Shown piece by piece: positions 49,016 through 58,589 of a stretch of 64,000 nt of DNA. The notes beneath the pieces are model-generated. The model was not told the DNA's origin. It saw only the letters and a program-made list of their open reading frames with translations, and did not search any database. The stretch's first letter is position 1, and every line of letters begins with the position of its first letter. A program made the translations under genes and the position numbers. Source of the stretch: Lachnospiraceae bacterium (lineage in GTDB: Bacteria; Bacillota; Clostridia; Lachnospirales; Lachnospiraceae); NCBI GenBank assembly GCA_015056765.1, contig SVFQ01000009.1, forward strand, positions 4,354 through 68,353, in the 5' to 3' direction.

Positions 49016-50947
49016 CTATCCTTCTGCTGAATCTGTGATGTATTCTCCGGATTTCATATATGCTATGAATTCCTCTTCTCGTAAAGGTTTTGCAAAGTAA
49101 TACCCTTGCAACCCTGTACAACCTACTTTCTTTAACGCCTCTACCATCTTTTCATTTTCCACACCCTCGGCAATTACTTTAAAGCCTTGCGCAGTAAACA
49201 TCTCGGTGATATGGCGCAAAATATCATTTTTTTGTTCCACATAAGCCCATACAATAGATTTATCCAGTTTGATGTATTCAAAAGGTATGGTATGGATACT
49301 CACCAAATTGGAATACCCCGTACCATAATCATCCAGAGAAAAGCTTCCGCCCTCTCTGTTAATTTGCGTTATATTTGCTACGCAATGGTCTTCGTCCACT
49401 GTGGCTGATTCTGTGATTTCAAAATTGAAGTTTTTAAAATCCGTTCCATGCCTGAAGGCAATGGTTCTAAATTCCGCTACCAACCACTCGTATCTACACT
49501 GAATCGGAGAAAGGTTCACATCGATTCTCTCCAAACCAAGTTCCTTTACTTCCGGCTTGCTGATAAACAGGCATACTTTTTCAAAAATCTGAGCACCCAG
49601 ATCCAAAATACTGCCGTTTTGTTCTGCCAGCCTAATGAATTCCTCCGGCGGAATTCTGCCCAGTTTTTCATCCTCTAATCTGGCCAGTGCCTCTACGGCA
49701 TTTACTTTTCCTGTTTTGCAATCAAAGATAGGCTGATAAAATACCTGCACCGTACGTTTCTCAATAGCTTTCTCGATGGCTTCTGTTACTTCCCTGCGTC
49801 GTCTGATTTCCTTCACGATATCGTCTGTCATGACTCGGAAGGAAGCATTCCCGGAATGCGCGCACTTTTCAGCAGCCGCCTCTATACAGTCTACCATTTC
49901 CTCCGCATCCACAGTGCTAATCGCATTTGGAAAATACTGCATAGACGTAGTGAAAGTGATTTCCCCCTTATCCGTTTCCCACGGATGACTGAACCTATCT
50001 CGAATCATACCTTTATAGACGCTGGTATTAATCTCTCCATCATGTGCAAATACAAACCTACCCTTTGAGATGTAATAGCACCTAAAATCATTCATGGTAG
50101 ATCTGCACCATTCCCCTACCTGTCGCATACATTGCTCAATTACTCTTCGGTCATTGAAAGCTGAAACGTTCTGATAATTGGTCAGTTGAACACAGAAAAG
50201 CGAAATTGTGGCTCTGGCTTTTGCATCATTTTGTCCCATTCGAATCAGGCCCCTTCGATTGAAAAGTCCTGTCTTAGCATCCACGTACTTATCCGGATTT
50301 TGAAAAGCCAGAAAGATGATCAAAAGTCCTAGTGCGGATGTCATTCCGCCTACCGGAGTCACAGGTGAAACCCCTAGCAAAATCACAAGCCCTACAAAGT
50401 GCAAAGCAACATACATGCCAAAACTCAAAAGTTGAATCCGTAATATGTCTTTTCTTCTGGCTATGGCAATCGCCAGGGTCGTTAAAACGATTAAGAAGTT
50501 CACAACCTTAAAGATGTCATATCCGAACCCGTTGTAATAGCCCTTCTCATCGATGCCAAAGAGCCAATGATTCCGAACCGTACTACAGATTAATATCACA
50601 TACACCGCATATATAATCTTAATCAGCAATACAACAGCCTTCGGACATTCAGTGAGTTTTACGGTAACCTGTAACGCAAAAAGCAGCACAAGACATGCTG
50701 CGGTAAATTCAAAAAGAAAGTAAAGCAGATTACTGCAATACAGGCTCACTAATCCAAAGTCCCTATAGTGTGTCAACATGACACACGCCACAATATCTGT
50801 TACTACTGTGACGCTTCTCATGCAAATTGCACTTAAAAAGAATCGATTTGCATAAGTAGGAAGCCATTTGGTATGTACGAAAAAGCCAATCATTACCAAC
50901 AGCATCACAAGCGCTGCTATATCATAGTTTATGTTCCAAAAATTCAT
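49016..50947 (-). CDS. Membrane protein with a degenerate GGDEF and an intact EAL domain (predicted c-di-GMP phosphodiesterase)
   Basis: About 6-7 TM helices. The GGDEF position reads SKGRFVF. EAL motifs are EALARL, EITES, DDYGTGYSNL, EGVE and QGYYFAKP. Confidence 0.85.
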   Translation of the reverse strand: MNFWNINYDIAALVMLLVMIGFFVHTKWLPTYANRFFLSAICMRSVTVVTDIVACVMLTHYRDFGLVSLYCSNLLYFLFEFTAACLVLLFALQVTVKLTECPKAVVLLIKIIYAVYVILICSTVRNHWLFGIDEKGYYNGFGYDIFKVVNFLIVLTTLAIAIARRKDILRIQLLSFGMYVALHFVGLVILLGVSPVTPVGGMTSALGLLIIFLAFQNPDKYVDAKTGLFNRRGLIRMGQNDAKARATISLFCVQLTNYQNVSAFNDRRVIEQCMRQVGEWCRSTMNDFRCYYISKGRFVFAHDGEINTSVYKGMIRDRFSHPWETDKGEITFTTSMQYFPNAISTVDAEEMVDCIEAAAEKCAHSGNASFRVMTDDIVKEIRRRREVTEAIEKAIEKRTVQVFYQPIFDCKTGKVNAVEALARLEDEKLGRIPPEEFIRLAEQNGSILDLGAQIFEKVCLFISKPEVKELGLERIDVNLSPIQCRYEWLVAEFRTIAFRHGTDFKNFNFEITESATVDEDHCVANITQINREGGSFSLDDYGTGYSNLVSIHTIPFEYIKLDKSIVWAYVEQKNDILRHITEMFTAQGFKVIAEGVENEKMVEALKKVGCTGLQGYYFAKPLREEEFIAYMKSGEYITDSAEG

Positions 50948-50971
50948 TATTTTCCCCTTTTATCAAATGGA

Positions 50972-52060
50972 TTAATAGACTACACAGTTTCTTCCTTTCT
51001 CTTTTCCTTGGTACAATTTCTTATCTGCTTCATTGATTGTTCGTTCTACATCGTGTGAGTAGGTGTGTTCTTCAAGACCAAAGGTCATAGTCACACGTAT
51101 CACGGTATTTTCGTAAGGCACTTCTATTTTCGAAATACTGCGTCTTAACGCATCTAACTTCTCCTGCGCATAGTCCGCATTCATATGGGTAAACACGAAA
51201 AGGAATTCTTCTCCGCCCCATCTGCCGACAAACCCGTTTTCTTTCATATAATGGTCCATGAAATCAGCCAGTACTTTAAGTACAGTATCTCCGGCTTCAT
51301 GCCCGTAGGTATCATTTACCTTTTTAAAGAAGTCGATATCGCCAATAGCAATGGAGATAAACTCCCCTTTTTTCTCCTGTTTGTTGACCACTTCCTGCAA
51401 TTTTTCCTTCATACGTCTGCGATTATACAGGCCTGTGAGGGAATCTCTGCTGCTCATTTCCTTCAGTCTTTCATTGTACTGAATCAGTTTCTTCTCCATC
51501 TCCAGAGAATTCTGGCTAAAGACCAAAACTAGAGCTGTGGCAGAAAAAAATATGGTTACTGTATTCAAAATCTGAAAAGCAGCGCCATAATTACCCGTAA
51601 TCAACACAATGGGTGCATGATAGTCTGTATAGAAATACAGAATGATACGGGTAGCGCAAAGGATAATCGCCTCCAATACCTTATAGTGAACCGAATCATG
51701 GCTGGTGATACAGGCAAAAATCAGGAGCACGAACACAAAATGCTGCGCGCCCAAATCCCATCCCAACATCACCACATAAAAAATAATCCAGCCCCAGGAC
51801 AAGAAAAGCAAATACCTTTGTACGATTCTGCCTAAATTGTGGTAGGTCATGTTTAAGGCCGCAGCATGGGCTAGTAGCAGTGCAAAAGCTATAATAGAAA
51901 GCTCCGCATCGCTACGCCACAAAAACACCCCGGCCTGTGCTAAGAAGTACAGGCACATGATCAGTGCCTGTATTCTTAACAAAATAATTCTTTTTTTGGA
52001 TTCGTTATCGTCGTCTACATCCTGCGTCAGCATATGCCAACACTTTTTCACTACTCCCAC
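50972..52060 (-). CDS. Membrane-anchored diguanylate cyclase (GGEEF)
   Basis: About 6 TM helices, then GLYNRRR...RWGGEEFLF. The annotated start is a GTG and an ATG alternative lies at codon 10, so the start is uncertain. Confidence 0.85.
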   Translation of the reverse strand: MGVVKKCWHMLTQDVDDDNESKKRIILLRIQALIMCLYFLAQAGVFLWRSDAELSIIAFALLLAHAAALNMTYHNLGRIVQRYLLFLSWGWIIFYVVMLGWDLGAQHFVFVLLIFACITSHDSVHYKVLEAIILCATRIILYFYTDYHAPIVLITGNYGAAFQILNTVTIFFSATALVLVFSQNSLEMEKKLIQYNERLKEMSSRDSLTGLYNRRRMKEKLQEVVNKQEKKGEFISIAIGDIDFFKKVNDTYGHEAGDTVLKVLADFMDHYMKENGFVGRWGGEEFLFVFTHMNADYAQEKLDALRRSISKIEVPYENTVIRVTMTFGLEEHTYSHDVERTINEADKKLYQGKEKGRNCVVY

Positions 52061-52082
52061 GTCTCTACCCCGTTGTTAGATC

Positions 52083-53783
52083 TTATACCTTAAACTGACT
52101 TACCAGTCTATTGAGTTCTTCAGATTGCGTAGACAATTCAACTGATACTGCGCTGGACTCTTCTGCTGTAGCAGAGTTGTTCTGTACAACTGAAGAAATC
52201 TGCTCGATACCGTTGTTGATTTCTTCCATGTTTTTGGCTTGAGATTCTGCCATCTCCCCCGATTCTTGCACGATAATGGCAATATTATTGACAGATTCCT
52301 GCACCTGATTCAAAGCTTCTGTGGTCATATCTACCACTTTGTTACCATTCTGGATGGTTTGTAAAGTACTGTTGATAAGTTCGTGCGTGCTCTTTGCAGC
52401 CTCGGAACTTTCATTTGCCAATGCACTGATTTCATCCGCTACGACAGCAAAGCCCTTACCGGTTTCTCCTGCTCTGGCTGCTTCGATAGAAGCATTTAGC
52501 GCTAAGAGCTGGGTCTGTTTCGCGATACCTTCGATTGCATTGGTTACCTGTTCGATTTCCTTGGAAGCTTCTGTAATGCTTTCCATGGCCTTTGTAACTT
52601 CCTGCATCTTTTCAGCACTTTCTGCTGCATCTTTACGAACCTGCTGTGCCAGTTCCACACCTTTTCGGGCAGATGTTGCCATTTCCTTGGTCTGGTTATT
52701 GACACTTACCACGCTTGCTGTAAGCTGTTCTACAGCAGCAGCCTGGTCTGTAGTACCCTCTGCCAAATCAGATGCACCTTCTGACATATTTGCTGCACCC
52801 TGTGCCACTCTAGAGGAAGCCTCCATGACATTGGATATGGTTTGAGACAGCTGCGTTACAATCTTTTCCACCGCCTCTTTGATTGGCGCAAAATCTTCTA
52901 CATAAAGTTCCGGATGCTCTGTGGCCACAGTGAAGTCTCCACCGGCGATACGGTCCAGAGAATTGCTCATATCGGATACCACCTCTTCTACCACGGTAGT
53001 TGAGTAATCCAAGTCTTTTGCCAGCTTGCCCAGCTCATCATCCGCATCGTAGTCCAGGTGAATATTCATATTGCCCTTGGCCATAGAATCTGCTGCCGCA
53101 GAAATCTCCTGTACCGGAATAAGGATTGCATCCGACAGAACCTTTCTCGCTTTGATGATAAAACGCAGAATCATAACCAGTACAACTGCAACGATTGCAA
53201 TCATAACCCAAACCGCAATCATGATCGTCATATAAACACGTTCTGATGTAGCAGTGGTTTCTGCTGCAACCTGTTTTAAATCCTTTGCCACCACATCGAT
53301 GGATGGATATAAGGTATCGTTAAAATAGTAGAATACTTCTTCGCTTCCGGCACCACTTTGGAACATTTCTCCGAGGGTTACACCATTTGCCTCAACCGCC
53401 TTTAAATCTGTGCTGACCTGATTCAAAAGTGTTTTGTTGTCATACAGTTTCGAAAACTTCTGAAGATTCGCATCAAACTCAGCAAATTTATCCATCGCTT
53501 TGCCCAGCTGTTCTTCACGAATCGCCTCATCCGGTGCAGCCATCGCCCACAAAAAAGCTTTGGATAATGCCTGAATATCAATTCGGATTTCTCCCTGCAC
53601 GTCTCCAACTGCTGCATTAGTCTTCATAGCCATAATGCCAGTGTAGCTGATTGCTATGGTAAAGGTTAGCAAGAAAATAGAGACAAACGCGCCAATCACG
53701 ATTCTCTTGAAGACGGTCTTGAACTTTTCCTCTACCGGCATGTTTCGTAGTTCCCTTGGGTTTACATCTAATAGTCCTTTCAT
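52083..53783 (-). CDS. Methyl-accepting chemotaxis protein
   Basis: TM, helical ectodomain, TM, HAMP, then [34 protein letters not shown]. Confidence 0.9.
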   Translation of the reverse strand: MKGLLDVNPRELRNMPVEEKFKTVFKRIVIGAFVSIFLLTFTIAISYTGIMAMKTNAAVGDVQGEIRIDIQALSKAFLWAMAAPDEAIREEQLGKAMDKFAEFDANLQKFSKLYDNKTLLNQVSTDLKAVEANGVTLGEMFQSGAGSEEVFYYFNDTLYPSIDVVAKDLKQVAAETTATSERVYMTIMIAVWVMIAIVAVVLVMILRFIIKARKVLSDAILIPVQEISAAADSMAKGNMNIHLDYDADDELGKLAKDLDYSTTVVEEVVSDMSNSLDRIAGGDFTVATEHPELYVEDFAPIKEAVEKIVTQLSQTISNVMEASSRVAQGAANMSEGASDLAEGTTDQAAAVEQLTASVVSVNNQTKEMATSARKGVELAQQVRKDAAESAEKMQEVTKAMESITEASKEIEQVTNAIEGIAKQTQLLALNASIEAARAGETGKGFAVVADEISALANESSEAAKSTHELINSTLQTIQNGNKVVDMTTEALNQVQESVNNIAIIVQESGEMAESQAKNMEEINNGIEQISSVVQNNSATAEESSAVSVELSTQSEELNRLVSQFKV

Positions 53784-53833
53784 GGTTTTCTCCTTTTACA
53801 CATGGTCGCCAGTTACGCTTACTTCAATACTAA

Positions 53834-55027
53834 CTATTTCATTAAACCAAGAATAGAAGATCCTATTGTTCCTTCCGGCATCTTCACATCAAAGTTCTCT
53901 GCAATGGATGCACCGATTACCGCGAAATTATCCTGCTCAGGAAGTTCCCCGCTTCCTGTAAACGCTTTGGAATATGCGATAAAAGGTACTTTTTCTCTGG
54001 TATGATCCGTACCGGTATAAGTAGGATCATTACCATGATCTGCTGTGATAATCAGCAAATCATCCTCTTTCATAACGTCTAAGAATTTCCCCAAGTTCTT
54101 ATCAAATTTTTCAATTTCACGAGCATATCCGATTGGATCTCTGCGGTGTCCCCACAGGGCATCGAAATCCACCAGATTGGTAAAGCACAGACCTCTCCAG
54201 CCATCTCTTTCTGCCTGCTCGATAGTTTGCTCCATACCGTGTACGGAGCTGTCAGAATGATATGCCTCTGTGATACCTTCTGTCACAAAGATATCATTGA
54301 TTTTGCCGATGGAGATTACATCCAGACCGGCATCCTTCATAGCATTCAAAGTTGTAGCGCCAAAAGGTTTTACAGCATAATCATGGCGATTGCTGGTTCG
54401 TTTGAACTCACCTTTTTTCTTTCCTACATAAGGTCTTGCGATAACACGGCCTACTTTCCACTCGTCCTTCATGGTAATCTCTCTGGCGATTTCACAGCAA
54501 CGATATAAGTTCTGCAGGTCGAAGGTCTCTTCATTACCACAAATCTGTAATACAGAATCCGCAGAAGTATAGACAATCATCTTGCCTTCATTGATTTCCT
54601 GCTCGCCAAGTTCTTCCAGAATTTCTGTACCGCTGGCAGATTTATTACCGATGACTTTTTTGCCACATCTTTTCTCTAGTTCTGCAATCAGTTCCGGCGG
54701 AAAGCCTGTATCGGTAAAGGTAACAAACGGCTTGGTGGTCAAAAGTCCCATCATTTCCCAATGACCGGTCATGGTATCCTTACCCTTGCTGGCTTCTCTA
54801 AGCGGGCAATAGTAAGCCATAGGCGCATCTACCTTCTTCACATGCTTCATCGGCTTTAAGTTCCCAATGCCAAGCTTTTCCAAATTCGGAATCTCAAAAG
54901 ATTCCACTGTGTCTGCAATGTGACCCAAGGTATCTACACCATGATCTCCGAAATCATCCGCATCCGGCATAGCGCCCATACCCATGGAATCGCATACCAC
55001 TACAAAAACTCTATTAAATTTACCCAT
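53834..55027 (-). CDS. deoB: Phosphopentomutase
   Basis: [20 protein letters not shown] and other alkaline-phosphatase-superfamily DeoB motifs. 397 aa. Confidence 0.92.
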   Translation of the reverse strand: MGKFNRVFVVVCDSMGMGAMPDADDFGDHGVDTLGHIADTVESFEIPNLEKLGIGNLKPMKHVKKVDAPMAYYCPLREASKGKDTMTGHWEMMGLLTTKPFVTFTDTGFPPELIAELEKRCGKKVIGNKSASGTEILEELGEQEINEGKMIVYTSADSVLQICGNEETFDLQNLYRCCEIAREITMKDEWKVGRVIARPYVGKKKGEFKRTSNRHDYAVKPFGATTLNAMKDAGLDVISIGKINDIFVTEGITEAYHSDSSVHGMEQTIEQAERDGWRGLCFTNLVDFDALWGHRRDPIGYAREIEKFDKNLGKFLDVMKEDDLLIITADHGNDPTYTGTDHTREKVPFIAYSKAFTGSGELPEQDNFAVIGASIAENFDVKMPEGTIGSSILGLMK

Positions 55028-55040
55028 ATTTCCTAACTCC

Positions 55041-55751
55041 TTATGCTAACTCCAATGCCATTTCCATCATCTGGTGGAAACTGTTCTGTCTCTGTTCAGA
55101 ATCCAGTTCCTCTCCGGTGATTAAGCTGTCAGAAATGGTAAGAATAGACAGTGCTTTCTTTTTGCATCTGGCTGCTTCCATGTACAGTGCAGCACTTTCC
55201 ATTTCGATGCAGAGCACGCCCATATCCATCCAGGCTTTATTGGCATCTTTCTTTGCATTGTAGAAAGGATCGGAAGACAATACATTACCGACTACCACTC
55301 TGGTTCCCTGCTCTTTAGCAATATTTACAGCTTTGGAAAGCAAATCAAAATCTGCGATTGGTGCAAAAGTACCACCGAAATCAAACTGGCTTGCCCAAGC
55401 AGAGTTGGTGCATGCACCCTGTGCAATGACTACGTCACGCACATTACATTTTTCGCTGATAGAGCCGGCAGAACCGATACGAATAATATTGTCTACATCA
55501 TAAAAAGCAAATAATTCATGAGAATAAATACCGATGGAAGGCATACCCATACCGGAACCCATCACAGAAATCGGGCGTCCCTTATAGGTACCTGTATAAC
55601 CAAACATATTTCTGACATCTGTTACAAGCTTTGCATCTTCTAAATAATGCTCTGCAATGTATTTTGCGCGAAGTGGATCTCCGGGCATTAAAACAGTCTT
55701 AGCAAAATCGCCTTCTTTTGCTCTGATGTGTGGTGTTGGAATGTTTGACAT
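55041..55751 (-). CDS. deoD: Purine nucleoside phosphorylase, DeoD type
   Basis: PTPHI...[14 protein letters not shown]...GMGMPS...EMESAALY. 236 aa. Confidence 0.92.
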   Translation of the reverse strand: MSNIPTPHIRAKEGDFAKTVLMPGDPLRAKYIAEHYLEDAKLVTDVRNMFGYTGTYKGRPISVMGSGMGMPSIGIYSHELFAFYDVDNIIRIGSAGSISEKCNVRDVVIAQGACTNSAWASQFDFGGTFAPIADFDLLSKAVNIAKEQGTRVVVGNVLSSDPFYNAKKDANKAWMDMGVLCIEMESAALYMEAARCKKKALSILTISDSLITGEELDSEQRQNSFHQMMEMALELA

Positions 55752-55778
55752 AAATAAAACCTCATTTCTTGTATTACT

Positions 55779-56417
55779 TTATCCCCATAGGGACTCAACT
55801 TTCTCTCGCAATGCGCGCGTAGCAGCTTCCACGTCATCGCAGTCCAAGACACCTCTTGCTACAGAGATGCCGCAGATACCGGTATCTTTTAACTCTTCTA
55901 CGTTGGAGAGATTCACGCCACCGTTACCGATAACAGGAACGTTTGCCATCTTGCAAACGGCTTCTAGTTTTTCCTTTGTGATCAGCACGTTATTGACCGC
56001 TGATATAGAGGAGTATAAGCAGCCACAATCCAAATAGTGAGCACCACTGGAAATGGATAGAAAAGCCTCTTCTTCATTATGTACGGAGGAACCCACGATT
56101 TTATTTGGTCCCAAGGACAAAATCGCGTGTTTCGGCTTCATATCGTCCTGGCCAAGATGCACACCGTCAGCATCCATGTTTAGAGCCATGGCAATATCAT
56201 CATCCACAACAAAAGGAACCTGGTATGCCTTGCACAATTTTTGGATGGCTTTCGCATCATCCATAAGGCTCGGCAAAGACCGGTTTTTCTCTCTGAAACG
56301 CACCATGGTCGCACCGCCCTTTAATGCCTGTTCAATGGCATCCGGCAGGCTCTTTCCTCTTAAGTATTCCCTGCTGGTAATTACGTATAATAATAATTTT
56401 TTTTGCTCTAATTGCAT
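55779..56417 (-). CDS. ThiE/TenI-like (thiamine-phosphate synthase fold) protein, atypical
   Basis: ALKGGATMVRFREK, VPFVVDDD, ADGVHLGQDD and IGNGGV match ThiE. The PTxTKK pyrophosphate loop reads SSISAV. Start at M20 (56417) with RBS AGGGGAAA. Confidence 0.65.
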   Translation of the reverse strand: MQLEQKKLLLYVITSREYLRGKSLPDAIEQALKGGATMVRFREKNRSLPSLMDDAKAIQKLCKAYQVPFVVDDDIAMALNMDADGVHLGQDDMKPKHAILSLGPNKIVGSSVHNEEEAFLSISSGAHYLDCGCLYSSISAVNNVLITKEKLEAVCKMANVPVIGNGGVNLSNVEELKDTGICGISVARGVLDCDDVEAATRALREKVESLWG

Positions 56418-56469
56418 TGTTTTTCCCCTAATACAAAACATCGCATTCGCGAGACAATAGTTCTCTTTT

Positions 56470-56478
56470 ATCATACCA
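56470..56478 (-). promoter_or_regulatory. Extended -10 element (TGgTATGAT) for the thiE-like/deo unit
   Basis: The minus strand reads TGGTATGAT, about 50 nt upstream of the chosen start. The -35 is weak. Confidence 0.3.
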
Positions 56479-56546
56479 TAAAATATGTGAATAATAGATA
56501 GAAAAAGGGCTTATTTTCTAAATTTTTTGAAAAATTTGCACATATT

Positions 56547-56575
56547 TTGGCATTCTTCCAAAAGTCAGTTATACT
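56547..56575 (+). promoter_or_regulatory. Sigma-A-type promoter of the acyltransferase cassette
   Basis: TTGGCA (56547-56552), 17-nt spacer, TATACT (56570-56575). The ORF-track start codon at 56547 is actually this -35 box. Confidence 0.5.
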
Positions 56576-56615
56576 TGTTAAAGAGAAATGTTTTGAAGAA
56601 AGAGGAAATGTAGTT

Positions 56616-57905
56616 TTGGAAAAGAGTCATACCTGGTATCGATTAGATAACGCAGCAAAGATTATACCGTCTTCTGCCAAAGGTGCTGACACCCGCGTTT
56701 TCAGAATCAGTTGTGAGTGCACAGACCCGGTGGATCCGTCCATTTTACAAGACGCGCTGGATGAAGTCATGGGGGATTTTCCTCTGTTTCGCTGTGTTTT
56801 AAAACGTGGTCTGTTTTGGTATTACTTAGAGGATCAGGGCTTGGAAGTATCTGTTACCAAAGATACGCTACCCGCATGTGCCCCTTTGTACTTCCCGGGC
56901 AGAGCCAATCTGCTGCTTCGTGTGAATTATTATAAAAATCGCATCAATTTGGAAATGTTCCATGTGCTGGCAGATGGCACAGGTGCCTTTCTGTTTTTCC
57001 GCAGACTGGTAGCCCACTATCTGCAGCTGAAATATCACTTAGACGTGCCGGATGAGGAGCAATTTGAGCACTCCTCCGTAGGGGAGAAGGAAGGCGATGC
57101 TTTCGACCATTTCTATCAAAAGCAAAGTGGTCTATCCCAGCTTAAGAGCATGTCTAGTAAAAAAGCCTACCAGCTAAGCGGCGAAAAGGACGAGAACCTG
57201 CTGCCACACTTAATCGAAGGCACTGTATCCGCCAGCAAAATGCTGGATTTGGCCCATCAGTATCACACCACTGTAGGTGTGCTGGTGACCTCCATCTATA
57301 TGCAAGCAGTCATGGATGGCATGTCCGTTCGCCAGATCAGACATCAGCCCATTGTAGTCAGCATCCCTGTAAATCTGAGACAATTTTTTAAGTCTGACAC
57401 AGTGCGCAATTTCTTTGGTGTCATTCCGGTGTCCTATGATCCGAAACTCTATCAAGGAACTTTAGAGAGCATCCTACCACATGTGCAGAAGGCCTTCGAG
57501 GACCAGCTCTCAGAGGATAACGTGCGTAAGACCATGAATTCTTATGCCGCCTTAGAGCACAATGTCATTGTGAAGATGGTGCCGCTCTTTATCAAGGACT
57601 TTTTCATCGGCTTTTTCAATCGCCAGGTAAAGAAGGGTGTCACTACCACCATCTCCAACTTAGGTCAGATTAAAATGCCTAAGGAGTACGAGCCATACAT
57701 CAACAAGTTCAGTGCATTTATGGCCGCTCCAAGCCAACAGATTTGTCTTAGTTCCTTTAAGGATGCCATGGTGTTTGGTGAGGTCTCCCCTTATGTGGCC
57801 CACCCTGTCATGTTGAACTTCTTCCGCAGACTTACCGCTCTGGGCGTAGAAGTAGAGATTTCCACCAATGACTACGACGCTGTTACCGAGAAGTGGGAGG
57901 ATTAA
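56616..57905 (+). CDS. Condensation/alcohol-acetyltransferase-like acyltransferase (HxxxD superfamily)
   Basis: HVLADGTG motif. About 430 aa with no signal peptide. TTG start at 56616 with AGAGGA 10 nt upstream; there is no in-frame ATG for a further 60 codons or more. Confidence 0.6.
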   Translation: MEKSHTWYRLDNAAKIIPSSAKGADTRVFRISCECTDPVDPSILQDALDEVMGDFPLFRCVLKRGLFWYYLEDQGLEVSVTKDTLPACAPLYFPGRANLLLRVNYYKNRINLEMFHVLADGTGAFLFFRRLVAHYLQLKYHLDVPDEEQFEHSSVGEKEGDAFDHFYQKQSGLSQLKSMSSKKAYQLSGEKDENLLPHLIEGTVSASKMLDLAHQYHTTVGVLVTSIYMQAVMDGMSVRQIRHQPIVVSIPVNLRQFFKSDTVRNFFGVIPVSYDPKLYQGTLESILPHVQKAFEDQLSEDNVRKTMNSYAALEHNVIVKMVPLFIKDFFIGFFNRQVKKGVTTTISNLGQIKMPKEYEPYINKFSAFMAAPSQQICLSSFKDAMVFGEVSPYVAHPVMLNFFRRLTALGVEVEISTNDYDAVTEKWED

Positions 57906-57906
57906 G

Positions 57907-58578
57907 ATGCAATACTGTCCGAAATGTAAGATCAAAATCAGAGGTCAGAAAAGCTGCTGCCCTCTGTGTCAAAGTAAAATAACCCAGGAGGAAGCTACTT
58001 CTTTTGATGTACCTGCTTTTCCTCCCAAGAAACCAAGAAAGGTCAGCAGAGTCAGCTTCTTTAAGCTCATTACCTTTATTCTGGTAACTGCCGAGATTTT
58101 CTTTATTTCGTTCCATTATCTGTCTCACAGACAATTTCCTTGGGTTCCCATCGTCATGTGGAGCCTTGTAATCGGATGGCTGGACATCTTGATTACCATG
58201 TACCTTCGAAACAACATCCTAAAGGTCATCACCGTAGAAGTGTATATCGCCATCCTGATTGATTATTTCATCGATAAAAAATACGGCTTCTACGGCTGGT
58301 CCTTATCCTGGATGATTCCGGCTTCTTTCTTAGGACTGTGCCTCATCACCTTTTTGATTGCTTTGATTACAAAGCTTCACCCCATTGAGTACATCTCCTA
58401 CCTGTTTTTGAATCTGGTACTGTCTCTGGGGCAGCTTTACTTTATCTGGAAAGGCATTACAAGGCACACATTACTGCCAGTCATCAGCATTGCTGTGCTT
58501 CTGGTCATTAACGCCGGCGTACTGATTTTCCAATCCAGAGCCCTAAAAAGTTCCCTTCACAGACGACTGAATTTCTAG
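57907..58578 (+). CDS. Zn-ribbon membrane protein (N-terminal CPKC...CPLC, 5-6 TM helices)
   Basis: MQYCPKCKIKIRGQKSCCPLCQS followed by hydrophobic helices. The ATG at 57907 lies 1 nt after the upstream stop (TAAGATG). Confidence 0.6.
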   Translation: MQYCPKCKIKIRGQKSCCPLCQSKITQEEATSFDVPAFPPKKPRKVSRVSFFKLITFILVTAEIFFISFHYLSHRQFPWVPIVMWSLVIGWLDILITMYLRNNILKVITVEVYIAILIDYFIDKKYGFYGWSLSWMIPASFLGLCLITFLIALITKLHPIEYISYLFLNLVLSLGQLYFIWKGITRHTLLPVISIAVLLVINAGVLIFQSRALKSSLHRRLNF

Positions 58579-58589
58579 GCGAGGTAAGT

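Noticed and set aside
56418-56546. Searched for a TPP riboswitch upstream of the thiE-like gene
   Set aside because: No CTGAGA or ACCTGATCTGGATAATGCCAGCG-type conserved elements are present. The region is AT-rich promoter DNA.
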